Shown: positions 1 through 10,470, numbered from the stretch's first letter. The stretch is DNA of 64,000 bases from Candidatus Multivorans sp. (GCA_965224025.1 OZ245033.1:4352001-4416000); one strand, 5' to 3'. Program-made: numbers and translations. The notes: a model not told the origin generated them from the sequence alone.

Positions 1-171
1 GACCGGCTCGACGCGGAGTCCGCGCCGCTGGTCGTCGAGGCGGCGAAACTGCCCGATTCCATCCGTGGCTACGAAGGCGTCAAGGAGCGAACGATTGCCA
101 CCGCGAAGACTCGGGCCAGACAGCTCCTGGACCAGCTCGACGAGCAGTCCCTCGGCTCGCGCGTGGCGTGA
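1..171 (+). CDS. C-terminal end of a probable indolepyruvate ferredoxin oxidoreductase-family protein (partial)
   Basis: Frame 1 reads DRLDAESAPLVVEAAKLPDSIRGYEGVKERTIA...VA*. The LPD.IRGY..VK motif is typical of the IOR C-terminal (DUF6537) region. Confidence 0.65.
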   Translation, partial: DRLDAESAPLVVEAAKLPDSIRGYEGVKERTIATAKTRARQLLDQLDEQSLGSRVA

Positions 172-194
172 AGCCCGCGTAGGATCCCCGCGCC

Positions 195-1016
195 GTGACG
201 AGCCGCCGCACCGCCTCCACCCTCTGCCCTCTGCTGGCCCTCCTGCTTGCAGCAGCCACGCCGGCCTTGGCCCAACCCACGCCCCACCCGGTGCTGAGCG
301 GATTCCTCCCCATCGACGAGTACATCCTCGAAATCGACGGTCAGGCCGATTCCAGCGCCAGGCTCTACCTCTCCCAGCGGGCCGCGGCGATGCTGATCCT
401 CAGCGACTCCCTCGGCGAGCCGGTCCTGTTGTGGGCGCGCACGATGGCCGTGGATCGCCTGCCGGCCGCAGACCTTCTGGCCGCCGGCGGCGGCTACAAC
501 GTGGTTGCCGAACCCGGCAAGACCTACGTCGGCGAGGCCAAGGCGGACCAGACCACCATCGACCTGCCGATCGAAGGTCGGACCGTCCGCATCCTTCCCC
601 GGCCGCCTCTTCTGGGCGACCGCACCCTCGGCGAACTGCTGGAACACTCACCCGGCTACCGCGCAGGCATGGACGCCTTCCAACCGAACCCCGCGGCGAT
701 GACGGCGCTCCGCGAAGCCGGACCGGCCCGCGTCCGCGTCTTCTTCGGCTCCTGGTGCGGCGTCTGCAAGCGGGTCCTGCCCAACCTGCTCGAAGTCAAC
801 GCCGGCCTCGAAGGCTCGAACATCGCTTTCGACTACTACGGCCTGGACTCGCCCCCGGCCGGCTGGGAAGACCCCGAAGTCAAGGGCAACGAGGTCACGG
901 GCCTGCCAATGGCGATCGTCTACCGCGACGGCGAGGAAATCGGCCGCTTCGGCGGCGCCACCGACTTCGCGCAGCCCGCCCAGGTGCTGCAGGCGCTCCT
1001 CGCCGGCTCGCAATAG
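195..1016 (+). CDS. Secreted thioredoxin-family protein
   Basis: Signal peptide (LLALLLAAATPALAQ) and a C-terminal thioredoxin fold with FFGSWCGVCK and a GLP cis-Pro loop. Confidence 0.8.
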   Translation: MTSRRTASTLCPLLALLLAAATPALAQPTPHPVLSGFLPIDEYILEIDGQADSSARLYLSQRAAAMLILSDSLGEPVLLWARTMAVDRLPAADLLAAGGGYNVVAEPGKTYVGEAKADQTTIDLPIEGRTVRILPRPPLLGDRTLGELLEHSPGYRAGMDAFQPNPAAMTALREAGPARVRVFFGSWCGVCKRVLPNLLEVNAGLEGSNIAFDYYGLDSPPAGWEDPEVKGNEVTGLPMAIVYRDGEEIGRFGGATDFAQPAQVLQALLAGSQ

Positions 1017-1084
1017 TCCGCGTCCCGCCCGAGGCGCGTACGACTCCCTGCCGAGCTGACACTCGCGGCAACAGGAGACAGCAC

Positions 1085-1441
1085 ATGATCGAGATGAGGA
1101 ACGAGAGAACCGGAGCCAGGCGATCCGTACCGCACCTCTGGTTCAGTTGGACCACGTTGTTTCTCGGCCCTCTGGTGCCCCTGGTTCGTGGAGACTGGAA
1201 GTGGGCGCTGATCATGTACCTGGTAATCCAGGTCGTCATGTCATCGGCCATGCTGCTGGGCGTCGCGATCGTTCAGGCAATCTCGGTCTCGCCGACGGAG
1301 TCGTTTGTCATGGGACCGGCGGTGCTCCTCGCCGCAGGGATCGCGCTGGTCGTCACCCAGCCCGTGTTCGCGACCATCTACAACCGGCGCTACTACACCG
1401 ATCTGGTGAACGACGGATTCGAAGAGTGGTCGGGTCCATGA
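1085..1441 (+). CDS. Small membrane protein, DUF2628/HrgC-like
   Basis: GGAGA RBS, then MIEMRNERTG..FSWTTLFLGPLVPLVRGDWKW..YNRRY, which matches the family pattern. Confidence 0.7.
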   Translation: MIEMRNERTGARRSVPHLWFSWTTLFLGPLVPLVRGDWKWALIMYLVIQVVMSSAMLLGVAIVQAISVSPTESFVMGPAVLLAAGIALVVTQPVFATIYNRRYYTDLVNDGFEEWSGP

Positions 1442-1535
1442 TGCGGAGGGCAGGACCGTCATCCACGGCCATCGCCCCAACCCAGAGATGACCAAGCGCT
1501 TCACGCGCGCGGGAGACTCGCAAGGGAGTACCTGT

Positions 1536-2357
1536 ATGAGGACGACGCTCGAAAAGCACTGGTTCTACCCGTTCCTGCCGCTTCTGCTGATTCAGTGCAG
1601 CGCGGTCACACTGCCGCAACCCGGCGAGGTCTTCTCCGACCTGCTCAACTCCGGTGAGCGTGGCCCCGAGATGGTCGTGATCCCGGCGGGCGAGTTCCTG
1701 ATGGGGTGCTTCGGTACGCCCCTGCGGCCGGGCGCCGAGTGCCATGGTCGCGAGGAGCCGGTCCGCCGGGTGAAGATCCCGCGACCGTTCGCCGTATCGA
1801 AGTACGAGGTGACGTTCCAGAACTACGACCGCTTCACCGGCGCGACTGGGCGGGCGGACGACTACGGCTGGGGACGGGGGCGGCGTCCAGCGATCAACGT
1901 CTCCTGGCCGGAAGCCCAAGCCTACGTGGAGTGGCTGTCGCGCGAGACCGGAGCAACCTACCGCCTCCTGAGCGAGACGGAATGGGAGTACGCGGCCCGA
2001 GCGGGTTCCTCAGCAAGATTGGACTGGGGCGACAACAAGGCGAACTGCGGGAGCTGCGGCAGCCGATGGGATGGAGAGCAGAGCGCGCCAGCGGGTTCCT
2101 TCCCGGCCAATTCCTGGGGCCTCCACGACATGCTGGGCAACGTCGACGAGTGGGTGCAGGACTGCTGGAACGGCGACTACATCGGTGCGCCGTCCGACGG
2201 AACCGCGTGGATCGAAGGAGACTGCGAACAGCGTGTTGTCCGCGGCGGAAACTGGATGATGGGAGGAGCACCGCGAATCCCGGTCCGAAACCGCTGGCCC
2301 GCGTCGATGCTCATGGAAATCGTCGGCTTCCGGGTCGCCCGAACCCTTGATCGCTAA
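1536..2357 (+). CDS. Formylglycine-generating-enzyme (SUMF1/FGE-sulfatase) domain protein, probable lipoprotein
   Basis: Motifs PEMVVIPAGEFLMG, YEVT, RLLSETEWEYAAR, GLHDMLGNVDEW, RVVRGG and GFRVAR. AGGGAG RBS lies before ATG 1536. It lacks the catalytic Cys pair of true FGE. Confidence 0.88.
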   Translation: MRTTLEKHWFYPFLPLLLIQCSAVTLPQPGEVFSDLLNSGERGPEMVVIPAGEFLMGCFGTPLRPGAECHGREEPVRRVKIPRPFAVSKYEVTFQNYDRFTGATGRADDYGWGRGRRPAINVSWPEAQAYVEWLSRETGATYRLLSETEWEYAARAGSSARLDWGDNKANCGSCGSRWDGEQSAPAGSFPANSWGLHDMLGNVDEWVQDCWNGDYIGAPSDGTAWIEGDCEQRVVRGGNWMMGGAPRIPVRNRWPASMLMEIVGFRVARTLDR

Positions 2358-2384
2358 GCGCCCAAGTCAATCAACGGACAGCGA

Positions 2385-5246
2385 CTACGGCCCGGCCTCC
2401 CGGCCGTTCACGACCACCGGCTCCTCCGCCGGCCCCCTGCTGCTGACATTCACGTCCGCGCCCCAGCGGCGGCCAGCCGCCCAGAGCGAGACCTCGTAAG
2501 AGCCGGGCGTCACGCAGCCGAGGCCAAACCGGCCGGATTCGGAGAAACGCACACCCTCACCGGCGCCGGTCAGGTGGGTCGCAACCTCGGCGCCGGACTC
2601 GGTCGTCACGCTGAGGAAGGAGAGTGGCTCGCCGGCGCAGTCGGACGCCCGGCACCGGAGTTCGAGCAGACGGCCGGTTGGCAGCAACTCCCGCACTCTG
2701 GATGTGCGGCTCTCCTCGACGTTCAACCCCACGCCGCCGACGCAGGCGGCGGTGTCGTTCCAGACCAGCGACACGTCGCCCATGGGCACCTTCGGATTCA
2801 CGTAGCTGCCGGCAGCGGTTGCCAGCCCGGTACCGACCACATCGCCTGAGGTGTTCACCAAGTGCAGCCAGGCACCGCCTGCGGGAGCGCCTCCGGCCCT
2901 TCGAAGCTCCACTTCGACCACGCCCGGCTCCTCGTTGCTGACTCTCAGCAACTGATGCGGCGGCGGATCGGTCCCAAGCAGGAGATTCTGCGTCACGCTT
3001 CCGGTGACGCCGCTTCTTCCCCGGCCCACCAGCGACGGCGACAGGCCGACATCGGCTTTGAGCCTGTACGAGCCCTGCGGCGCAGGCGGCAGCTCGAAGC
3101 TCCCGTCGTCGTCCGTTTCGGCGTAAGCGACCATCCTCCCCAGGTCGCCGAGCAGGGAGACCTGGCCGGCGGCCGGCGCTCCCCTCTCATCGAACAACTG
3201 ACCTCTGGCGCGGACGCCGCTCAGGTCAGCCTGGGGTAGTGGATCCGCCGGCCACAAGCGTCCGACACTGGTGCCGTCGCCAGGAAGCCAGGTCATCCAC
3301 AGCAGGTCCGCTGGGACCTTCTCGACGGCGAAGGCGCCATCCGGGCCCACCTCCGTGGACAATCTCCGCACAGAACCCGCACCAACGCCGAACACGCGCT
3401 GATGCTCGCCTCCAGCGCTCTGGGTGACGAACATGAACATCGTGGAACCCCGCCTCGGGTCCAACACGCTGCCGAAGGAAACGGTTCCCCCGGACACCGG
3501 TCGCCCATCCAGAACCAGCACGCTGCGGATCGTCCGTGTCGATAGCCGCACATCCACCGTCTGAACGTCGGCCGGGCCCTCCTCGACAGCGATTTCCTTC
3601 GAGACGCGAAGCCCGCCCGTCTCATCCGCCACCTCCAGGCGATAGGTGTCGGGAGCGGCCAGGAACTCGGCCCGAGCACTCGTTTCCTCGTCGCTCCGCT
3701 CCCCGGCGCCGGCTTCGGCCGAGGACTGCAGCGGCGTGTCGACGATCGGCGCCCCCGATTCCCGGAACCGGTCCAGTAGACGAACGGTGCCGCCGCCCAA
3801 ACCACTGACGAGGACCGCGACACGGCGGCCCGGATGCAGCCATGTTTCGCCCTGATCCGCCAACTCGTTGGCGCCCAGCGCTAGGAACCGGTCCGCAACC
3901 GGCACGTCAGGGCACTGCAGACGCAGGTGGTAGCGGCCCGCCTCGAGACCGCCGAGCAGGTACTCACCGTCCGCATCGGATACCGCCAGATGCTGGTCCC
4001 TCACTCGCGCGGTCTGGATCGCTGGGCCGCCACCCGCCAGGAGCAGCTCGACCAGGCAGCCGGCAGCGGGTTCCGCGCTCGCCGCGTCAAAGAGCCGGCC
4101 CCGCACGACCGCCCCCCGGTCCAGAGCGATCAGACCGAGGTCTACCTCGCCGGCCGGGACCGGCGCGACCCGGATGAGTGGAGACCGGAGGTAGCCGTCG
4201 GCCTGAAACGAGATGTCGACCGCGCTCTGGCCCGCGAAGTAGGCGTTGATCGGCACCGACACCGGACCGCCCGCGTCGACGACGGCGGACCCGGCACTTC
4301 CCCTCTGCACCACCCCGTAGGCCCACATCGTGAAGTTCCGGATCGGCTCACCGTCTCCCCCTACGAGTTCCACCCGAACATTGGCCGACGCCGGCGCGGC
4401 CTCCGCCTCTCCAGCCGCGTCGTCCTTGGCTACCAGCTCGAAGACGACCCGGCCAGCCCTACGCCCTTCCTCGATCGTGCGAGCGTCCGTCTCGAAACCG
4501 GGCGCCTCAGCCGTCGCCTGGAGGTTCCCCGCCGGCAGCCCAGCAAGCTCGAAGACCCCCCTCTCGGCAGTGTCCGCGCACCGCTGTCCTGGGCCGAACG
4601 AGGCGAACGCACCCGAGTCCCGCCAGAAGGCGCAGACCCGTGCTCCGGCTACCGTGTCCCCGCCCTCGCTCTCCCGGACGACGCCGTTCGCCGTTCGCCC
4701 GGCTTGAAGCCGGATCACGCCGGGCGGCGCCTCGTTCGGATACGAGCCAAAGAACGGCAGGTGCGCGGGATGATCAACGATCAGGGCAAGCCCGCGAAGC
4801 CGGGGCAGGGGATCCTCGACCACGCCCTCCGCACTCGTCGCCGTCCGCAGCAGGATCGCCTCCGTCGGGGAGGGGCCCTGAGCCGAGGACCCCGGCGTGA
4901 TCGCTCCGACAGCGGCAACCTGCTGTGCCGCCGGCCGAAGAACCGTCACCGTCGCCCCGACGGCGCGTTCGCCATTCGCCCCGAGGACGACAACCTGCCC
5001 GGGCACTGAGGGCTCCTGGCCGCCAGCCGGGGTCGCGGGCAAGAGGAAGGCACTGAAACTGGCTAGCGCGCAGAACGACCGGAGGCCGGCGCTTCGCGCC
5101 GGATGCGGGCAGGATGCCCGCGTGCCATCCGTGCGCCCCATAAACGGGCGCACGGAGTGGTTCGCGTGTGGCGCGGGTCGCGCCACACGGGTTCCCAGGT
5201 CAGATCGTTCTGCCGCGCAAGCTCCTGGCACCAACAAACATCTCAT
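2385..5246 (-). CDS. Large secreted carboxypeptidase-regulatory-like (prealbumin/Cna-B-like) repeat protein, paralog 1
   Basis: Strong GGGAGG RBS before ATG 5246. Repeated G.V....G.PVAGA.V...TD..G.F.L.GL..G.Y.L units and paired cysteines. A palindromic repeat is inserted in frame near the N-terminus. Confidence 0.8.
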   Translation of the reverse strand: MRCLLVPGACAAERSDLGTRVARPAPHANHSVRPFMGRTDGTRASCPHPARSAGLRSFCALASFSAFLLPATPAGGQEPSVPGQVVVLGANGERAVGATVTVLRPAAQQVAAVGAITPGSSAQGPSPTEAILLRTATSAEGVVEDPLPRLRGLALIVDHPAHLPFFGSYPNEAPPGVIRLQAGRTANGVVRESEGGDTVAGARVCAFWRDSGAFASFGPGQRCADTAERGVFELAGLPAGNLQATAEAPGFETDARTIEEGRRAGRVVFELVAKDDAAGEAEAAPASANVRVELVGGDGEPIRNFTMWAYGVVQRGSAGSAVVDAGGPVSVPINAYFAGQSAVDISFQADGYLRSPLIRVAPVPAGEVDLGLIALDRGAVVRGRLFDAASAEPAAGCLVELLLAGGGPAIQTARVRDQHLAVSDADGEYLLGGLEAGRYHLRLQCPDVPVADRFLALGANELADQGETWLHPGRRVAVLVSGLGGGTVRLLDRFRESGAPIVDTPLQSSAEAGAGERSDEETSARAEFLAAPDTYRLEVADETGGLRVSKEIAVEEGPADVQTVDVRLSTRTIRSVLVLDGRPVSGGTVSFGSVLDPRRGSTMFMFVTQSAGGEHQRVFGVGAGSVRRLSTEVGPDGAFAVEKVPADLLWMTWLPGDGTSVGRLWPADPLPQADLSGVRARGQLFDERGAPAAGQVSLLGDLGRMVAYAETDDDGSFELPPAPQGSYRLKADVGLSPSLVGRGRSGVTGSVTQNLLLGTDPPPHQLLRVSNEEPGVVEVELRRAGGAPAGGAWLHLVNTSGDVVGTGLATAAGSYVNPKVPMGDVSLVWNDTAACVGGVGLNVEESRTSRVRELLPTGRLLELRCRASDCAGEPLSFLSVTTESGAEVATHLTGAGEGVRFSESGRFGLGCVTPGSYEVSLWAAGRRWGADVNVSSRGPAEEPVVVNGREAGP
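5081..5199 (+). repeat. Composite palindromic REP-like element (modules A+B), inside the 5' end of the 2385-5246 CDS
   Basis: GGATGCGGGCAGGATGCCCGC, followed by CCGTGCGCCC..GGGCGCACGG and GTGTGGCGCG..CGCGCCACAC hairpins. Homologous copies occur elsewhere in the window. Confidence 0.9.
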
Positions 5247-5290
5247 GGCAAAGACCTCCCTTTCGCCTTCAACTTCGACGGCCTAACTCC

Positions 5291-7952
5291 CTACTGCCCG
5301 GCCTCGCGGCCGTTGACGATCACCGGCTCCTCCAGAGCCCCTCTACTGCTTGCGCTGACCTCCGCGCCCCAGCGACGGCCCGCGGCCCAGAAGGAAACCT
5401 CGTAGGACCCGGGCGTCACGCAACCGAGGCCGAGCCGCCCGGACTCGGAGAAGCGGACGCCCTCGCCGGCGCCGGTCAGGTGGCTCGCGATCTCGGCGCC
5501 GGACTCGGTGGTCACGCTGAGAAAGGAGAGCGACTCGCCGGCGCAGTCGGCCGCCCGGCAGCGAAGTTCGAGCAGGCGGCCCATCGGGAGCGATTCCCGC
5601 AGCGGTGACGTGCGATCCGCCTCGATGTTCAGCCCGACGCCACCGGCGCAGGCAGCCGTGTCGTTCCAGACCACGGCCACCTCTCCGGCGGGCACATTTC
5701 GGGTTCTCTGCCCGCCGGCCGATGCCAAACCGCCGCCGACCACGTCGCCCGCCGCGTTGACGAAGTTGAGCCAGACACCACCGGCCGGACTGCCGTCGGC
5801 CCGCCGCAGCTCCACTTCGAGCGTGCCGGGCTCTACCTCCTCGACCCGCAGGACCTGGTGAAGCGGCGGTTCGGTGGTGATCACGAGTTCCTGGATCGCC
5901 GTTCCCACCAGGCTACCCCTGCCCTCCCGAGCGCGGCTCGGGGACACGCCGGCATTGGCCTCGATCCGGTACGAACCCGGCGGCGCCGGCGGCAGCACGA
6001 AGCGGCCGTCGTCACCAACCTCCGCGAACGCGACGACACGGCCCACGTCTCCGATCAGCGACACCTGTCCGCCGACCGGCGTGCCGTTCAGGTCGAGCAG
6101 CGAGCCGGTCACCCGAACACCGTCCAGGTGCATGCGCGGCACCGGGTCGGCCGGCCACAGCCGCCCGACGTAGGTGCCGTCGCTGGCGTACCACGTCATC
6201 CACAGCAGGTCATCGGCGACGCCGTCGACCTCGAAGGAGCCGTCCGCCCCAACAGTGGCGCGCACCGCCGGGCTTCCCATCCCCAACATCCGGCTCTGCT
6301 GCGCGCTGCCGCGGCGCTGCGAAGAGAGCTGGATCTTGAAGGTGCTCCGGGATGGCTCGAAGACGCTGCCGAAGGTAACGGCGCCGCCCGCCACCGGGCG
6401 GCCGTCCAGCACCAGGACGCTGCGGATCGTCCGGGTCGACAGCGTCACGTCGACCGTCTGCACGTCCGCCGGCCCTTCCTCGACCGCGATCTCCTGCGAC
6501 ACGCGGAGGCGGCCGGCGCCGTCGACGACGTCCAGCCCGTACAGGCCGGGGACCGCCAGGAGCTCCGCCTGCACCGCCGAGTCCCCGTCGCCACCTCGGC
6601 CTGCCCCGGCCTCTGCCGATGACCGCAGCGCCGTCTCGACGATCGGGCTCTCGATCTCCTTGAACCGATCCAGAAGGCGAACCATCCCCGCGCCCAGACC
6701 CCGGACACGGACCGCGACCCGCCGGCCGGAGTCCAGCCAGGACTCGCCCTGGTCGGCGAGTTGGTTGGCACCCAACACGACAAGTCGATCCGTGACCGGC
6801 GCCCCCGGGCATTGCAGCCGCAGGTGATAGCGGCCCGCCCCGAGGCCGCCGAGCAGGTACCGGCCGTCGGCATCGGACACCGTCAGGTGGCGTTGTCCCA
6901 TCATCAGGGCGGCAATGGCCCCCGCGCCCGGATAGAGGAGCTCGACTACGCAGCCGGCGGCGGGTTCCGCCCCAACCGCGTCGAAGAGTCGCCCCTGCAC
7001 CAGCGCCCCGGGTTCGAGAGCGATCAGGCCCAATTCGGTCTCACCGCCGGGGATCGGCGCGACGCGGACGAACCGGGACTCGAGGTAGTTCTCGGCCCGG
7101 AATGAAAGGTCGACCGTGGCATCGCCCGCGAAGGAAGCACTGATCGGTACTAGCACCGGACCCTCGGCGTCCTCGATGTCGTGCGAGGAGCCGGCCATGC
7201 GACCGACGCCGTTGGTCCGTATCGTGAAGTTCCGGATCGGCTCACCGGTGGCGCCGACGAGTTCGACGCGCACATCTCCGGCCCCCGCCGGCCCCCGCCG
7301 GCCCCGACGGCGCCTCGTCGGGCGGCTGCTCGCTGGCGACGAGTTCGAACTCGACGCGCGAGGCCCGCCGCCCCTGTTCGATCGTGCCGGCGCCCGTCTC
7401 GAAACCGGCCGCCTCGGCTGTTGCCTGGAGATTCCCGGCCGCCAGACCCGGGAGCTCGAACGCGCCCCGTTCGCCGCTGTCCGTGCAGCGCCGTAAGGTT
7501 CCAAACCAGTCGGGCAGGACCGCGTCGCGCCATGACGCACAGACGCTCGCTCCGGTCACCGAGCGCCCACCGGCAGCTTCCCGAACCACACCCTTCGCCG
7601 TGCGCCCCGGCTGCAGTCGGATGACCTCCGGTAGCGGCCGGCTCGGGTACGCGTTCACGAACGGCAGGTGAGCCGGATCGTCGATGATCACCGTCAGCCC
7701 ATGCAGCCGCGGCACGGCGTCCTCGACGACGCCGTTCTCCGCCGTCTCGCTGCGTACCAGGAACGCGTCCACCGGCGAGAGGCCGGCCCGGCTCGGCTGG
7801 ATCACCGTGACCGAGGCGTCGGCGACCGGTTCGCCGTCCGCTCCCAGGACGACGAGCTGGCCCGGAGTAGGCGTTGGTGCCTGCTGCGCCCCAAAGGGCA
7901 GGCCAGGCAGATGGAGAAGGGCAAGGCAGGCGAGAACAGAACTCAATCGCAT
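5291..7952 (-). pseudogene. Carboxypeptidase-regulatory-like repeat protein, paralog 2, frameshifted by a 10-bp tandem duplication near 7280-7300
   Basis: ORF 7242-7952 (signal peptide and N-terminal part) and ORF 5291-7540 (remainder) both align to paralog 1. Removing one GCCCCCGCCG unit joins them in frame (..PSGPAGAGDVRVEL..). Confidence 0.85.
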
Positions 7953-9070
7953 GATGGAACCTCCCCGGCACGAATGGCGGCCGAACTCAACAGAAGAAAC
8001 CGAATCGGCGGCCTAAGCGGATGCTCCAGCCCGCTGCTCGCCTCCTCCAGCACCCAGTACCTCCGGCCTGGAAGCAGACTCACGTGAGGCGCGTTCGTGG
8101 GTAGTCGCAGCTTGCCCACAAGCGCATCCTGTTCCGGGTCGATGCGGTGCAGGTCCCAAACGACCTCATCACCGGTTGCGTCCCGCATCAGGACGTAGAG
8201 AGAGTCTCGATCGGCGTAGAGACCGGCGGGATAGCTGGACGCTTCCAGAGGCCACCAACCAGCCCAACCGCTCCCGCCGACGCGAAGCAACTCCGGCAAT
8301 GGCACGGGCAGGGCAGGAAAGACCTCAAGCCGCCGGCCTTCACCGACGAGTTCCTGAACGAAGGGGCCGTCCGGTGCAAACCGAAGGGCAAACGTCGAAC
8401 CCACTCGATCGCCCGTCGCAGCAAGGTCGGAAGCAGATCCGTACCACCCAAGCTCTCCCGCGAAGCCGGGCCAGGCGGCTACTTCCCGCAGCGCGCCGGG
8501 CGGCGCACCCGACCGGGAATCCGCCCCGAACGCTACGAACTCCTCTTCCCAATGCAGTAGCTCCGAGCGCCGTGTGTCATCCGTCCGACTGCCCTCCACC
8601 TAAAGCATGTCGCGCAGAGCGGCCAACTGCGTGATGCTGAACACCTCGTCGCCAGTGATGATCTGATACCGGCCTCCCCCGGCGCCGCTCGACACACCTG
8701 TCGTCCTCTCCACGTCGCTCTCCCAGAGCACGCGAACCGGTCGCAGCTTCGGGTCCAGTTCAAGGAAGCGATCCTGGTTCGGGTAGCCGTCCGCGAGCAC
8801 GTACCCTCGTCCCCACGGCTGAATGCCCCACGGCGACACGAAGTTCAGCGCCGGATCCGTGCTCTCCCGGCCGTTGACGATCCGCACGAGCCCCTCAGCC
8901 ACGCCGTAGACGAGCAAGCGGGACTGGTGCGGATCCGCAACCACGAACTGTTCGTCGTCCATCCACACGCCCATCAGGAGGCCGAGCATCGGCAGTTCCG
9001 AGACTTCCAGTGGGCGGCAGGCGGCTCCGGGCATGTCGATGGCCGAGCAGCCACCCAGGAGCAGTGGGAC
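7943..9070 (-). pseudogene. Beta-propeller-like lipoprotein with an in-frame TAG (8600-8602) and a lost 5' end
   Basis: One continuous frame reads ..VPLLLGGCSAID..FVVADPHQSRLLVY..RDML*VEGSR..VVWDLHRID..SCD. The lipobox LGGC is present but there is no start codon upstream of it. Confidence 0.7.
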
Positions 9071-10470
9071 GGCAGCGTCAGCACGCCGCGTTTGCCGCCC
9101 TCCTTGACCTCGAGGGGCGGCGTATAGATCGGCCCCAGCACGTAGTCCTTCACGATCTCGAGCGCCTCGGCGCGCAGCTCCGGCGTGTAGTCGATCAGCT
9201 CGTCCTCGGTGAGGCCGAGGCGCTCGAAGGGCGGTGGTTTGGTCGGCATCGGCTGGGTCGGCGAACTCCACTCGCCCGGGACCGTCGTCTGCGGGACCGG
9301 GCGTTCCTCGATCGGCCACACGGGTTCGCCCGTTTCCCGGTCGAACACGTAGGTGATGCCCTGCTTGCTGACCTGGGCCACCGCCTTGATCTCGCGGCCG
9401 TCCACCGCGATGTCGACCAGATTCGGGGCCGAGCCGAAGTCGTAGTCCCAGAGACCGTGGTGGACGGCCTGGAAGTGCCACTTCCGCTCGCCGGTGCTGG
9501 CATCGAGCGCCACCAGGCTCTCCGCGAACAGGTTGTCGCCGCGACGGTGGCCGCCGTACCAGTCGTTGGTCGGCGTCGACACCGGCAGGTAGACGATGCC
9601 CAGCTCGTCGTCACAGCTCATCATCGTCCACACGTTCGTGTTCCCGGAGTACTGCCAGGACCCGTCGAGCCAGGTGTCGTTGCCGAACTCGCCGGGCTGC
9701 GGGATCGCGTGGAAGATCCAGCGCATCTCGCCGGTGCGCACGTCGTAGCCGCGGACATGGCCGGGCGGCATCTTCGGTCCGCGCGGACCGTCCGAGATGA
9801 TCGAACCGAGCACGATCACGTCGGCGCAGACGATCGGCGGCGCCGAGTGGGTGTACTGGCGCTCGTTGATCTCGCGGCCCAGGCCGAGAGCGGTGTTCAC
9901 CATGCCGCCGTCGCCGAACGCAGGGTCCGGTTCGCCGGTCATCAGGTCGAGCGAGATCAGGCGCCGGTGGTGCGCGGCGTAGATCAGGCGCTCCACAGGT
10001 TCGCCGTCGCTCTCCCCGCGCCAGTACTTGAGTCCCCGGTGCTGAAAGCCGGCGTTCGCCGGGCGGCCGGCGTCGTAGCTCTTCGGGTCGTAGACCCACA
10101 GCGTTTCGCCCGTTGCCGGGTCGAGCGCCGCCAACTGGCTGAGCGAAGTCGTGACGTAGAGCGTGCCGTCGATGTAGAGCGGCGTGCTCTTGTACATGCC
10201 GCCGCTGTACTCCGTGTCGGCCTCGGTCTCGACTGAGGCCCAGCGCCAGACCTCGCGCAAGCGATCGACGTTCGAGGGGTCGATCTGGTCGAGCGGCGAG
10301 TACTTGGTCGACGCGCGGTCGGCGGCGTAGTGCCGCCACTCGCCGATTGCGATCTGGTCGCCCGCGTCGGCGTCGGGCACCCTGCTACAGCCAGCAATCA
10401 ATGGCAGGAGGAGAACGGCCACCGCGGTCGCGCGGGAGCCAGGCAAGGCAAGGGCGCTGTTGGCGATCAT
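8974..10470 (-). pseudogene. PQQ-dependent glucose/quinate dehydrogenase-like lipoprotein, C-terminally truncated near 9068
   Basis: Motifs KYSPLDQI, STPLYIDG, GHVRGYDVRTG, NVWTMMS.D.ELG.VYLP, HHGLWDYD and SPTQPMP. Similarity stops at GVLTLPS, before the expected GG.NW and final propeller blades. Confidence 0.8.

Noticed and set aside
1536-2357. True formylglycine-generating enzyme or DGR target
   Set aside because: It lacks the catalytic Cys pair, and I found no template repeat or reverse transcriptase in the window.
8600-8602. Pyrrolysine or recoded TAG
   Set aside because: Many genes in the window end in TAG, no pyl genes are visible, and the same gene is also 5'-truncated.
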